Shown here: positions 14,877-27,926 of the stretch, one piece after another
Position numbering within the stretch: position 1 is the first letter of the stretch
Layout of the letters: every line of letters begins with the position of its first letter
The notes under the pieces: model-generated
What the model saw: the letters and a program-made list of their open reading frames with translations, nothing else
Database searches by the model: none
What the model was told of the DNA's origin: nothing
NCBI GenBank assembly: GCA_022605425.2
Contig: CM061255.1
Coordinates: 496,001 to 560,000, forward strand
Source of the DNA: Hamiltosporidium tvaerminnensis FI-OER-3-3
Lineage: Eukaryota > Fungi > Microsporidia
Reading direction: 5' to 3'
Length of the DNA stretch: 64,000 bases
Translations under genes and position numbers: made by a program

Positions 14877-15382
14877 TATGTACCATTACATTATATAGAA
14901 TATCGTTTATAAAATTATAAATTAATTCTAAAATTTTATTAAATTATCCAATTTATAAATCAAAGAAGTACAATGAATTTCAAAAAGACATTTAAATTCA
15001 TTTTTTAAATATTCTAAATATAAAATTCAAAGTAGAAATATGAATTTTAATGTATAAGTGTCATATAGAAGCCAAAAATACGTATAAAAAAAATTATTTT
15101 TTTCTGAATACACCTAAAATTAAAAAATAAAACAGAATATAACACTTAACCTCAAATATTTACTTGTAGATAAAGACCATTTATCCATTCACAATATAAG
15201 AATAGTCAAATATAAGCCTTTTTCAAATAGAATACCAAAAGTGGCAAAAAATTAAAATAGTTACATTAAAAAAAACCAGTATTTCTTTAAATAGAAATAT
15301 TTATTAAAAAATATTTAAATTCAAATCTTTAATATTATTGGAATCTATGGTGATTACTGGTATTATAAGTGTTATAGAAGTG

Positions 15383-15536
15383 ATTAATTCTTCATATATC
15401 GAATTACTATTAAATTTCTCTACTTCTATATATTAAATCAATAGATTACTTACTAATTAATTCTTCATATCCAATTACTATTAAATTTCTCTATCTCTAG
15501 ATATTAAATCAATATATTACTTACTAATTAATTCTT
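15383..15536. repeat. Tandem duplication of a ~72-nt AT-rich unit (~2.1 copies) just 3' of CIA1
   Basis: Unit ATTAATTCTTCATAT...ATTACTATTAAATTTCTCTA...ATTAAATCAATA.ATTACTTACTA begins at 15383, at 15456 and (partial) at 15527. Confidence 0.8.
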
Positions 15537-15544
15537 ATAATCTC

Positions 15545-16540
15545 CTACTCATCTATCTCTATTGCGTTTGTAATACCATCATCGCCACCTGTTATCAACA
15601 TATCAGAGACTTCACAATAAAACAATGAATTTATATCACTGGTATGTAAGTCAATTAAAATTTCTTTACACATAAACTGTGTATCCAAGATACCAACACT
15701 TCGTTTATTTAAAACATAAAAAATATAATCTTTAGAGGAACAAATAGAGTAAATTGGATAATTCGAAGCAAATATTTTACATTTCAATTCCCATGCCATA
15801 TCTAGAGTATAAATATATAAATAACCATCTTCTGTACATGCTATCATTGTAGAATGATTTGTAAATGTAATATCCCATATTGTATTCTTAAAATCTTTAA
15901 TATCTTGAATTAATTCGTAATTGTTGTTTATTATGTTTATTGAATATCTTTTTATTGTACAGTCGTAACCGTAAGAGTATAGTGAAGTGCTTAACCATTT
16001 AACACCTTTCACATCTTGTGTATGGTCATTAAGAATGCAATATAATTCATGGTAAGAGTATGGATTATTTTTTATATTATGTTGGTTCGTAGATGTATTT
16101 TTAGTATTATCAGTATACTTTCTATCATTATCTTTGATATTCTTAGTATTACTAAAATCATCATTTCCTTTTCTATTCTCTTCCACATTATCTTTTATTT
16201 TGTAAATCCATACAGTCTTTCCACGTGTGGCTACTGCTAGCATATTATGATTAGAAATTGATATTCCTTTGATTTCTGTATCTGGTCCTTCTATTTGAAA
16301 GGGCTTGGGTGTGAATATAACAACGGTACCATCATAACTGCCACCGGCAATACATTCATTATTTACTGATATCGATCTAACAGCTTTTGAGAATTCGCAA
16401 AAAGTAGTTCGTTCGTTTGTTGTTATATTATATGATTCTAATGTTCTTGATGTTCCACCTACCAGTATTTCGTTGTTGTGGTGTGCAACTGCTAGTACTT
16501 TTTGATGAGTGTTGAGTGATTTTATTATTCTATATTTCAT
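15545..16540 (-). CDS. CIA1: WD40 cytosolic Fe-S assembly protein Cia1
   Basis: WD40 repeats with Cia1-typical segments: GSYDGTV, EGPDTEIKGI, LAVATRGKTVWI, HTQDVKGVKW, H..DINS, TGGDDG. Contains an Asn/Thr-rich loop insertion. Confidence 0.85.
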   Translation of the reverse strand: MKYRIIKSLNTHQKVLAVAHHNNEILVGGTSRTLESYNITTNERTTFCEFSKAVRSISVNNECIAGGSYDGTVVIFTPKPFQIEGPDTEIKGISISNHNMLAVATRGKTVWIYKIKDNVEENRKGNDDFSNTKNIKDNDRKYTDNTKNTSTNQHNIKNNPYSYHELYCILNDHTQDVKGVKWLSTSLYSYGYDCTIKRYSINIINNNYELIQDIKDFKNTIWDITFTNHSTMIACTEDGYLYIYTLDMAWELKCKIFASNYPIYSICSSKDYIFYVLNKRSVGILDTQFMCKEILIDLHTSDINSLFYCEVSDMLITGGDDGITNAIEIDE

Positions 16541-16750
16541 TTAAAGGATTTGGTAAAAATTATATTTTAAAAGGAAAAGGTAAAGGGTGAGTAAAACGGA
16601 AAAAGAGTAAGATGAGAGAGAAAGGAGTAGAATAAGAATAAGTAATTAGTAATTAATGTGTAATTTGGTATGTAAAAAAGAAAAAATCTAGAAATAAAAA
16701 TTTATGAAAGTAGAACTTTAAACTGATGGAAAATTTGATTTTTTTTATTT

Positions 16751-18049
16751 TTAAATTATTTCTTTCCATTCAACAGATTCTTTATAATTCTTAGTTATAT
16801 TTTCTTTGTCTTCAATAATATCTTTCGCTTGAGCAGATTCTTTTTCATCATCAGATTGTATCACTTCTAAGCTTGTAAAATTTTCTTCCTGTTCAATGTA
16901 TTCTTCCACTTCAATGTTTTCTTCCACTTCAGTATTATTTCCCTCCGAACCAATATTATTTCCCTCCAAACCAATATTATTTCCTTCCAAACCAGTATTA
17001 CTTTTCTCCACTTCAGTATTATTTCCCTCCACTTCAGTATTATTTCCCTCCAAACCGGTATTACTTTTCTCCAAACCAGTATTTTCTTTTTCTTCAACAA
17101 ATTTAAGATTATATTTTTTAATAAAAAAATTTCTTGTACATTCAATATCTCGATTAAAATATTCGTCACTTTTTTTATTTTTAAGGTTTATACATTGTGG
17201 AAAATCTATAATACAAATCTTGTTTTGTTCATTTACAAGAATATTAAATTCATTTAAATCTCCGTGGATGTAACCCATGTCTTTAAATTGGTAGATAAAA
17301 TTTATCATCGAAGAAAATACTTTATGAGGATCGGTAGAATGTATTTTGTACAATGGGTAATAGTCTTGGAGGTATTCCATGACTATAACATGTCTATTTA
17401 GTTCTATTGGTTTAGGTATGTATATTTCTGGGTACAGTTTTGATGTATTTGACGTTTTTGATGTTTCTGATACGAGGGGATCAGAAATAGAGGTATTTCC
17501 TAAATACAAATTTTGTGTGCTTGATTCTAGATTTGAGGCAGAATTAATTTCAGGGCTTGTGCAAAAATATGGATAAAACATTTTTAAATATGTAAATTCT
17601 TGTAAACTGGATGCTTTGGACATTCCATGCCATCCTGCTTCAGTTATTTTATAATCTCTTTTATTTTTTACATTTCTAAAACTTGTTCTTCCTAGTCTGT
17701 GAAATTTACACACAACATTTTCTCCTTTGTATTTTGCAATATAAATATCAGATTCTTTACCGATTCCTATTTTATCGCCCATAAATTCTAATCCGGTTTT
17801 TCTTAAGGAATTTATTGCTATACAATCGTAGCCAGAAATAGTAATTTCATAAATATCGTTTTTATATCTTAAAAATTTGTTTCTAACTAAATCTGTTAAA
17901 TATTCTGTATAATTTATTGGTATTTTTAGATATTTTTTTATATTACTGGGTGAAATCGAAATCTTTTCTTTTGTTAGTTTTTCTATGAGAATTAGAAGTT
18001 TTAAATGAATTGAAGATAATGACCAAACAGCATCGGTTATTAGTTTCAT
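16751..18049 (-). CDS. RIO2: Ser/Thr kinase Rio2 (40S biogenesis)
   Basis: Winged-helix N-terminus (GYDCIA), GIGKESDIY, KFHRLGRTSFRNVKNKRDY, IHGDLNEFNIL, IIDFPQ. Confidence 0.95.
   Translation of the reverse strand: MKLITDAVWSLSSIHLKLLILIEKLTKEKISISPSNIKKYLKIPINYTEYLTDLVRNKFLRYKNDIYEITISGYDCIAINSLRKTGLEFMGDKIGIGKESDIYIAKYKGENVVCKFHRLGRTSFRNVKNKRDYKITEAGWHGMSKASSLQEFTYLKMFYPYFCTSPEINSASNLESSTQNLYLGNTSISDPLVSETSKTSNTSKLYPEIYIPKPIELNRHVIVMEYLQDYYPLYKIHSTDPHKVFSSMINFIYQFKDMGYIHGDLNEFNILVNEQNKICIIDFPQCINLKNKKSDEYFNRDIECTRNFFIKKYNLKFVEEKENTGLEKSNTGLEGNNTEVEGNNTEVEKSNTGLEGNNIGLEGNNIGSEGNNTEVEENIEVEEYIEQEENFTSLEVIQSDDEKESAQAKDIIEDKENITKNYKESVEWKEII
16919..17086 (-). repeat. Coding minisatellite, 8 x 21 nt (7-aa xNTGLEG/NNTEVEG units) in the RIO2 tail
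   Basis: ENTGLEK SNTGLEG NNTEVEG NNTEVEK SNTGLEG NNIGLEG NNIGSEG NNTEVEE. Confidence 0.85.
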
Positions 18050-20240
18050 GGAGGGTTGTAAAAAAAATTGGATTTAAAAATGGGTAGAAACAGAAATATT
18101 TGATGATAACACTTTTTGAATAATGAATGAATTTATGAATTGAAGAATAGGTAGGAATAGAAAGATTTATAAAACAGTTTTTATTCAGAGGATGCAATTC
18201 GGTTTCCAAATGTTTTGAATTAAAAATTTATAAATCGAAATATTAGAAACTAAATATAATTATAGAGTGCTGATCGGGATAAAAGAATATACAAAGGTAA
18301 ATAAGCCTTATTATATCACATAAAGGTAGAGGATCGGGTTGTTGCTTAGTTTTTAAGAATCAATGATATTTTTGTTTGGTGTTCTTTCTTTGATTAAATA
18401 CAAGTTTAATCTACTATATTTAATTCATATTTCGTTATTTTGACTGGTTTTTCTATTCTGGAAAATTATCTTATAAAATTCTCCAAGCCATTATTAGTCG
18501 TAAAATTTACTTCCATATATTACCGAGGATTTTATTAACAGATTCTATGCGTTTAATGTACACACTTCAAATTTTATCGAAATCAAATAGTTTTCGTGTA
18601 ATAAATAAGTAAAATGGTTTTCCAAGATAAATTATTATACGCGCAATAAATTATGAATGCCAATAAAATTTTCATTATATTCTTTGAGTTATTTGAAAAA
18701 CATCGATTTTTTAATTAAATATTTAGTATTTTCATAAAAGGAATCAAATTTTATCGGATTATAGAGAAAAAAAGACCTAATTTTATATTTCAGTTCTAAA
18801 GTCAGAAAAACATCTAATTTTAATGTCTACTAATATAAGCATTATTGCATACACCTGCTTCAAGATATAGTAATATATCATGCTCAATACTAACAATGAA
18901 TCATGTCTTTATAAATTTTAAATCCTTTTACATTAAAAATCAAGCTTTTCCTTTGCAGAACGACTTCTAATACGTGTAAACCGCTATGCTAAACATATGA
19001 ATAGGTTAAGATGCCGGTTGTGTATAATTAGTTCATTATGATGTCTTAATTTCATAATATATAAAACCTTTTTAAGAAGAGTCGTCCAAAGTTTATATAA
19101 GTTTGAAATCCGCAAACAGTGAATACTTTTTTCCATTTACTGAATAAAGTCAAATTTTCCCGTATTTTTCTTAAAACATCTATAAATCACATATAATGAA
19201 TGAAATATATATTCGTGTTTATAAACGTTCAAAAAATCCTCATACTTTTTCTTGTTGAATAGAGAAGGAACCGAGTATTACCTGACAAATTTTTTTACTA
19301 CGCAATTTAAAATTATTTTATAGTAATGTATAGTTTAATGAGTAAAGATGAAATCATAAAAAGCATCGATCTCAATTAAGAAATAAATTCAGAAGTTTTT
19401 TAAATATTCGAGATTGTTAAATCGATTTCAAAATATTATTTTTTATTGCGAAATCTTAGATAATTTTTAATTTTTAATTTTTATTTTAAATGTTCAAAGT
19501 TACCAACAAAAAACCGCATTCTATATGGAGTTCACACTATTCTAGCTAATTATACACGATTAAATATGATTTTTGTGGTACTAATTTAAAAAATAAATTG
19601 AAATTATTTTCATGATTTTTAAATAAAGAAAGTTTTTGGTTTAAACAACTTTAGATCATGGCTTCAACCTCAATCTAGTTTTTTAAGTTCAATATCACGA
19701 TTGTTTAGTTTTACTATTGAACAGAACAAAATTTTAAAATCAGTTGGTACGGCAAATACTTGTTTATAATTTACATATAATTGAATCCAATCATATTAAT
19801 TATATTCATAATCGTATCTTAATAGTTCAATAAAAAAAGATATTTTGTACAGTTAGCTACTGAAAGAAACGAGTTTTTAACTTTAAAAAAGGTATTTTGA
19901 TTCATTAAACACCATGTATATTTACATACTAATATTCAAATCAGCAATGAAAATATACCGGAAACACATATCATCGATTTAAATAATTTATATTTATTTG
20001 CGTAAATTAATTTCATATAAATCAATGTCTACTTATATAAAATGCCTGATTTTTAAAAAAGCATATTATTGAATATCCATCATATATACCTGAGAGAAAT
20101 CGAAGAAATATAACTCATAAATGAAGAAAAAAAGAAATCTGCGACATTAAACTAAAAATCATCATCTAAAAGTAATCAATCAATAGATAAAAACTACAAA
20201 GGAAATGTATAGAATTTCGATAATTAATATTATGAAATGG

Positions 20241-20337
20241 GTGAATAATGGATAACCACATTTAAAACTACCTGGATGGTAATGAGTGAGTAAAATTGAT
20301 GTGAAAATAATTGTTGACATTTGGTGTGATATAAATC
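20241..20337 (+). mobile_element. Fragment of the ~730-nt repeat (GTGGAG-end only)
   Basis: GGATAACCACATTTAAAACTACCTGGATGGTAATGAGTGAGTAAAATTGATGTGA aligns by eye to the first ~100 nt of copies B-D. Confidence 0.6.
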
Positions 20338-20339
20338 TT

Positions 20340-22260
20340 ATTGAATCTATAGTACAATCCCCTATAATTCTGAGTTGCAACATATTAAAAGAAGAAAGCT
20401 GAAATTTTCCCGTCGTTCATCCTCAAAACTAAAGGTAAATGAGGAATGAGAAAATAAGTAATACTTTTAAATTCTCTTTCTAGATCTAGTAATTAGTTGA
20501 ATTCTGAGACAGCATAAAAAAACATGAATTCATATTATTTATGTATGCATTTAAAAAACGATCACTATTTTATTAGTAAAATAGAAAGTTAAAGTATTTT
20601 GAGAAGTAAGTTCAGAAATAAAAATCAACCTTTGTTTCTTAATATTCTTGGCCTTTTTCATTGAAGAATAAGCATTCAAGAATTCGAAGCGAAAATCTTT
20701 TTTCGAATAAAATTTTTTTTAGGTTAAGAAGGTGGAATGAGCTACTAATCATACGTGTTGCGAAGAGACCCAAACTGTAGAAAAATGTTTTTATTGAAGA
20801 ATTTGAACTGTTATAAAAGTAAAAAGTAAAGTGAAGAGAAGTTTATACAAAGGGGAAAATAGCGCATTTATTCGACCAAAATACGTTCGTGCTAGATCAA
20901 ATGAATAAATAATTCAAAGCAAGAATATACGAGCGATATTGACAATCAAATATCGAGTAAAAGTAATTAAACCCGAAACAACTATTTATTTCGATTGAGA
21001 TGATAATAGAAACTATTATGTATATTCAATAAGGAATCTAAATTCAGTTAATAGAGTGCCACAACATCAAGAAGAATCTGGAGAAATCTAGAATGGTTGC
21101 GAGCCGGAAAGCGAAATTATCTTTTTCCCCAATTGTGTTACTGAAAAAGAAAAAAAGAATATCAAGTAAATTCAAAAACAACTTTTGAATTCAAAATTTT
21201 AAAGGCTTCCTTGCTCATATTTAATACCATACTCGAATTAAATTTTAGTCGAAAAGAAACCATTTTAAAAAAAATTAAAGAAATACAACGACCAAACTCA
21301 GATACGCTAAAAGTAAAAATTTTTTTGGAAATACTGCTTAGAAACACTATACTATTTAATGTATGTGTCTGATCAAATGGTACTTTCAAAATGAATACAA
21401 TTTTATGTCATGAAATGTGTTTCACTTATATTTAGCTCAAGAAATTATACTTGAGCGCAGAAAAAATACAAATATTGTGTATAATATTATATGAATAGAA
21501 AATTTGGAACTCGAAGTACACAAATCTTCGTTTGAATAAATATTGGCATCAAAATAAAGTTTTTCTGTGTATACGTCTACATCATATAAATAAAAATCAA
21601 TTTAATTTAGTTTACAAACCAACTAGAGTCACTTTGTTTCAAACTTAAGAAAAAAGAAGCATTGAGTAAATTTTATAGTAGAAACCAAAACCAATATTTG
21701 ATTTTGAAATTAAAGCTGCAAATTTTGTTTTCTGGGAAAACTTGAATGCGAGGGCTCCCATTAAACTCGGAATTGGTTCGCAAGATTAGCAAAAAAAGGA
21801 TAAATTGCAAAACTAAAGAATATGGTTTGTCAACCGAAAATATAGGCCTTAATTATGGATAATATCATGAGATTATTCTTATCTTATAACATGGAATAGT
21901 ATTGTCACGAAATACAATAGCTTATACTTTAATACCAAAGATAAAACTATCAAAAAAAACTTTAAATTAGTTTATATGTTTTGAAAAATCAATGTAACTA
22001 TTTTAATAAATAAAAAGAAAGTTTGATATAGTTTGCACTGAGGAACACCGAAGAATAATATTTTATAGATTGATTGAAATATCAGAAGTAGACATAGAAG
22101 CAGCGTATTTATTAGCCAAAAAGTATGTTTCGAGCCGACAAAATCCCAAATTATAGCCTCTTTAATTATGCAAAAGAAAACAGAAAATAATGCCTTAATG
22201 GAAATTTTAGGGGAGTGGCTCAACGAAATAAAGCGAGAATTCGTAATAAAGTGGCATAAT
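20340..22260 (+). mobile_element. Probable highly decayed Ty3/gypsy pol relic
   Basis: Remnant motifs in the expected order: KIKEIQRP..KVKIFL (RT-RH connection), LSAEK, FDFEIK..FVSGK (RNase H end), NG....LNEI (integrase-like). No intact ORF and no LTRs seen. Confidence 0.35.
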
Positions 22261-22471
22261 TATAGCTTTTTGTTCTTAAGTTATTGTTTTTTCACTATAT
22301 TTTATTAATTTTTTAAAAAGTAATTTAAATTTAATAAAACTACTCAATTTACACTCATAAATCACAGAAAACCGTTTATCAGTATATATTCACTTTATCC
22401 ACTATAAACATAAGTTCTAGAATATATTCAAATATTATATAATTTAAAAGAAATTCATAATAACCCTTTAA

Positions 22472-24696
22472 ATGGCTAATAGGAGGCTAACAAACATTTT
22501 TTTTTATTATTTGATAGGCTATGGAAACGCTGCATTTCTACCAGAATCCGAATCTTTCTTATATGAAGACCAAGATAATAAAGCTCTTAGGGCAGGAAAT
22601 TTGAACAGAGACAATAATTCACAAGAATCGTACGAATATATTCGGCAAAGCAATGTTAGTGAAAACCATTTGCTTTCTTTACCAAGTACTTCATCAAATC
22701 GATTTCAACCATATTATAAGCCTCATAAATCACAAGAAAATGGTGTTTATGGTTCTGAAAATGCATTTTTTAACAATCAACCGGAAAATTTTCCTGTTAC
22801 TTTGCATCCAGGCCAATCGGAACCACAATATAATATACCCGGAAACTTATTCCCAGGAATTTATTTTGAATCCTACGGAGTTTCCTCATCGAATCAAAAT
22901 GAAACATATGGATATGTATCGAACCCAATGACGGTTACACAAGTTCATACTTTTACTTACCAAGAACAACAATCAACATCTCCTCTAATATATCAAAATC
23001 TTACGAATAAACAGAATCAATGGAATTTTATCGAATCAGAAAGTACTGGTTTTACCTCGGATGTCGTTACAGGCTTAAATTCAGCCATTCTTCATCCGGG
23101 AATACCCGAGTGCCAGTATATAACATCTGATGCGAAACTTTTCAATAGAACAAACAAGATCAGTGCTGCAAAAAGCATTTCTGAAACACAGAATACCGGT
23201 GATACTGAAAAAGTATGGAATGAAATGATTAATTCGAAACAAACATCTATTGCGACTGCTGATAATACAGATTTGCTATCAGAATGTACTCTTGAGGATA
23301 AAAAAATAATGACAAGTTTCAAATTTAGAAATTATTTTGTTGAATTTTCAATGACACGGTTTAAAAACATAGATTCTGCAGTATTTATCAAGTTAAAACA
23401 TATGCAAGAAGAATACCGTTTGATTCGAGAGTTTTTCGATATAGATGCAAACATAAGTTCAAATAATAAAAAAAAAATATTGCAAGAATTGTTGATAGTT
23501 GTTTTGAAAATATTGATTTTTTTAAAAAGTCCGAGAACGAGACACAGATAAAATTATACATTAGCTATATTAGATGGGATATAGAAAGAATTTTTCAAAA
23601 TATATTCCTAGAAGATGATATTTCTAATCTAAATACAGAATCTTACGTCAAGAATAATTTAAGCACCTCCAAAGAGTTAGAAAGGATATTTTTAAAAGAA
23701 ATAAAAAAGTTAGAAAACTCTAACATCGATATAACTTACTTATCAAATTTATGTACGTTGTTCGTCAATTTTGAAAAATCGTATGATGATGTGAATTTAA
23801 ACAAGATGTGGGAATCTTTAAGTATAACTACCTTACCAGAAGTATTATTGAAGCTTAAAAATTGTATGGTAGAAAATATGTTTTATGAAATATGTAGATT
23901 TTTAGATTTATATCAACACAATCTTGAAAATCACATAAAAAAACATCATCGTATTTCTACAATTTTTATTTTAGATGTATTGCATATTCATATTGACAGA
24001 ATAGCTGACATTAAATTTATTCATAAGGAATCGCAAAATAATTTTTTTGACTCAAAATTTACAGTCAGCTACAATATTTATCGCGTTGGAAAAATTTTTG
24101 AAGAACTGTTGAAAAATTTGCATAATAACGAGATGAGAGCATATTGTTATGGAATGCTCAATGTAAGTCGATTCTTTTTTTGGGTATATTCTTTTAGAAA
24201 AAAACACGGAACTCTACTTTTTTTGCAAATATCATGTCTCATAGGAATGGTATTAGACATAGAATTCGAATTTAATCAAACTAAGATTAAAGAGTTCGTT
24301 GTTTTTATTCTTTTTATCATGAAAAAGACTCAGCATCAGCAACCAGAATTCTATAATGATAAGGTTCAGTACTTTTTGGAAATAAATGCTTCCATAATTG
24401 ATAATATAATAAATTTTAATATCAAAAAAATAAGGGAATATGATGTTAGTGTTCGAAGGAATACACATTCAAATAAAAGAGTGAATATATTTAGTACTTA
24501 TTTTTCATATCAGGCCATATTAGGAAATATTACACCAAATAAAGATGAGATATTCAAAAAATTGTATATCTCGCAATTATATTTAATAGCAGTGTTAAGA
24601 AATAAATATACTATGCATTTGCACAAACAAGACCACATATTTGATGGGCATACAGATTTATATAAAAAAATCAATAAATTTTATACGAGGCAATGA
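22472..24696 (+). CDS. Lineage-specific putative secreted protein, ~741 aa if joined; frameshifted at an A10 run
   Basis: CCC at 22464-22466 before the ATG and a signal-peptide-like N-terminus. The frame of ORF 23758-24696 is open from 23470, overlapping ORF1 at A10 (23468-23477). One extra A fuses them. Confidence 0.7.
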
Positions 24697-27600
24697 ATTT
24701 AATTAAATAATAAGGTTACATTTTTTTGTTATTTTTTTTATACCAATTATTCCACCGCTTCAACAATTTATCAACCTCATTTATATTCAGCTCAAATATA
24801 AATTTTTATGTAATCTATGTTTACAGCGTATCATCGTAAACGAAATTCCTTGGTTTTTATTTAGTTATCCAACACCTTCTTGTTAGCGCTACATATTTTT
24901 TAGTAGGATATAATAGAATATCTCTTCCGATTATTAGAAAATCTAGTTATGTATTTTTCAACTCTTTTAGGCCTTCGGCCTTCAAGTAAAAGCCCACGGT
25001 AGAGCAAAAAGTAGTTACAATAGTCTCTCTGGTTACAATCGACCAAATATATTTATAAGCTTATTAGTATCGAGGTCATTTATAGCCACCTTTTATCGTG
25101 TTTTTTAAATGCATCATGTTCGAATATTGGATAATATTACATAACACTTTAATTTTCTCACACTTTAGACTTTAATCAATGAACTATAAGCGACATTTTC
25201 CTGGTTTTTTAATACTAACAACTTGAAAAAATTTAAGGTAAGACTGACTCCATAAACTGGAATTTCATTAAGTTTCTATACTAGAAAAATACATTTAATC
25301 TTTTCTCGAATCTCAAATTTAACATTATTTTTTGTCTTATCCTTGAATACCCATATTATACGATTTTTGAATAGAATATTCTATATATGCCTAGAAGACT
25401 TATTTTTATTATATATCTAGAGGAATAAATTTGACATCTAACCTTGCATTGTTTAATTCCTTCTAGTAATCTCAAAACATTTTCTCAAATACATTTGCAC
25501 TAAAGTCTTAAAAACTGACTACGGTGCTAACACGTTTCTTCTGCTTCTTAGAAAATACTCCAATATAAATATTGCGGAATACCACTTCGTTTCATGCTCA
25601 CACCTTGTTTTTTATTCTCCTTATTCGATAAAATAACATCTATTGGCTCATCTCTTTGAGAATTATATAACTAAGTATGTGTTTTGTCTTTATATCTCGT
25701 GTTACTGAAAATCACAACTTAACTTTTTTGTTCTAGCATATATTTATTTTAAATAATCGCATTTTTAGTCCAAAGTAAATGCTATTACTGGCAATTATAA
25801 TTTAAAATCTACACTTTAAGATATCCTTAATTAAAAGACAATCCAAGATTTGCAAAAACATATGTTTTTATAGCTGCTCATAGTGTGAAAAGTTTTTTAA
25901 GTAGTGATATGAAAGTGCGGTGAAGACATCTTGGTAAGCGGTTAATTTTATTTTTATCGTTTGGTTAGGTCACATCGCAAACCTCAAGGCATTAGCAAGG
26001 CATAAAAACCCTATTGAAATCTTCTAACCTTAACACATGTCCATTAAATGCATGAAATAAACCATGCATTTGGCCGGTTAAAACAAGTTCTTCTAATCTT
26101 AGTACAGGTTCTAGTTGCTTCATCTATTTAAAGCTGGTTTAGCGTACCCTAATATCTAAAAATTTTACATATTTATACACATCGGTACTTATAGAGGACT
26201 AGCAGGGCTTATAAACACTATAATTTGTAATTTATTTCTATTTTTAGCCTCCGACTTTATTAGTATCAAGAATTATTATCTTTTATTTTTATTAAATCTG
26301 AAGTAGATTTACCTACAGCTAGAAGTTGTAATATAATTATATAATTTAGCAATCTAAAGAAGATTCAAAAGATTCTTTTTGAAATATGAATAGATTCGAT
26401 AAATGTAGGACATCAATAATAATCTTCAAAAAAAATAATTAATTATTCTCAGAAATCTTAAACAATCAATGTTAATGTGCAGAAGTAGGACATTAAACAT
26501 TTCAAAACGTTTAATTGGTTTAAAAAAAAGATTTTCATAAACTATCAGGCAACAAGCTTTCTATTCTAGCAAATCATGAATGAAGCGTATATAAACATAT
26601 GGTTTTTTTTAAGTTTTAGGCAAAACTTGCTGTAAATATGTTAAAATTTTTCAAACGTTTCTGTACCACTAAATAAGCAATTGTGTCTATGTTTGATTTT
26701 TTGAACATTTTCAGTGCAATTTATTTGTATTCTGGAAGTATATGAATCTAAAATCTTGCTTGAATAGCCTCATAAAATTTTATACCGTATTGAATACAAA
26801 AATAATCAATAAAATTGCAAGAAAGTTATAAACCATATGAATCAATCAATATCCTTTATCCTAAGGGAAATGTTTTTCTAAATAAACAAAACCTTGCACA
26901 CGAAAAAAATCTAACGAGAAAGAAGAAAAAAAGTAATAAAAACAGGTAGTAAACTGAATCAAATAAACAGAAAATTCGAGATAAAGCTTTGGAAAATTGA
27001 AAGCAAGTATGCCAGAGGAGGAAAAAATGCAGATTATAAAGAGTCTATTTATAAAGAAGAGAATGCCCAAGATGAGTAAAGATCTCGATTGAAAAACAAA
27101 AAATATAGTATGCAACATATTTGGCGTGAGTATAAAATTCAATATGAAAATTAGAGGAATTACAGCTACTTTAACGAACTTTACAAAGATAATCCACTAT
27201 TTTATTATGAATGTAAAATTAATTTCGTTTGTATGAGCTTGATAGCTAGGGGTTTTCAAACGAAAATATTGATTTTCGTATGATTAAAACAATGATAGCT
27301 AACTATAAATTTCAACCTAAAATTAATTGAGATAAAGAAAATAACATGAAACGTGACGAATCCATAAAATAAGTCTAATTAATATTTAAATCTCTATGAA
27401 GATATAGTAAAAAACAATAGAAGTCATGGTAATTTAGCAATATTTAAATATTTTCATTTATTTAAAGTTTAGAGTGAAATAATCTATTTTTTTACATAAA
27501 TTCTTTTGATTTTTATGATTTTTTTTAGAACAAAATTATTATATAAGAAAAACATACTATATTATTTTAAAATAGAACCAATCTTTAAACAAATTATGAA

Positions 27601-27926
27601 TATATAAATATATCTCATTATTAAGGAACTAACATTCCTGTCTGATACATCGAGTCCCTGGTTCTTGTAAAAATATTACTGCAAATATTTGCCCACAAAT
27701 TTAGAGTATAACAGAGCTATAAGATTCAAAAACAAAATTCAGGTTTATGGTTATAATTGTCCACATTCTTTGGTCAACAAGATGAATTAGAAATTTTATT
27801 ATCTAATTTGGGTTCCTTTATTCTAGTATATATTCCAGTTATATATAATTCCTCCGAGTATTACTATATAATTAAAGAATATTGGAGTCATAGTAATATT
27901 TGTTTTTAAAGATATTTTTATTCAAT

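Noticed and set aside
16867-17273. Alternative-frame ORFs over the RIO2 tail
   Set aside because: By-products of the 21-nt minisatellite.
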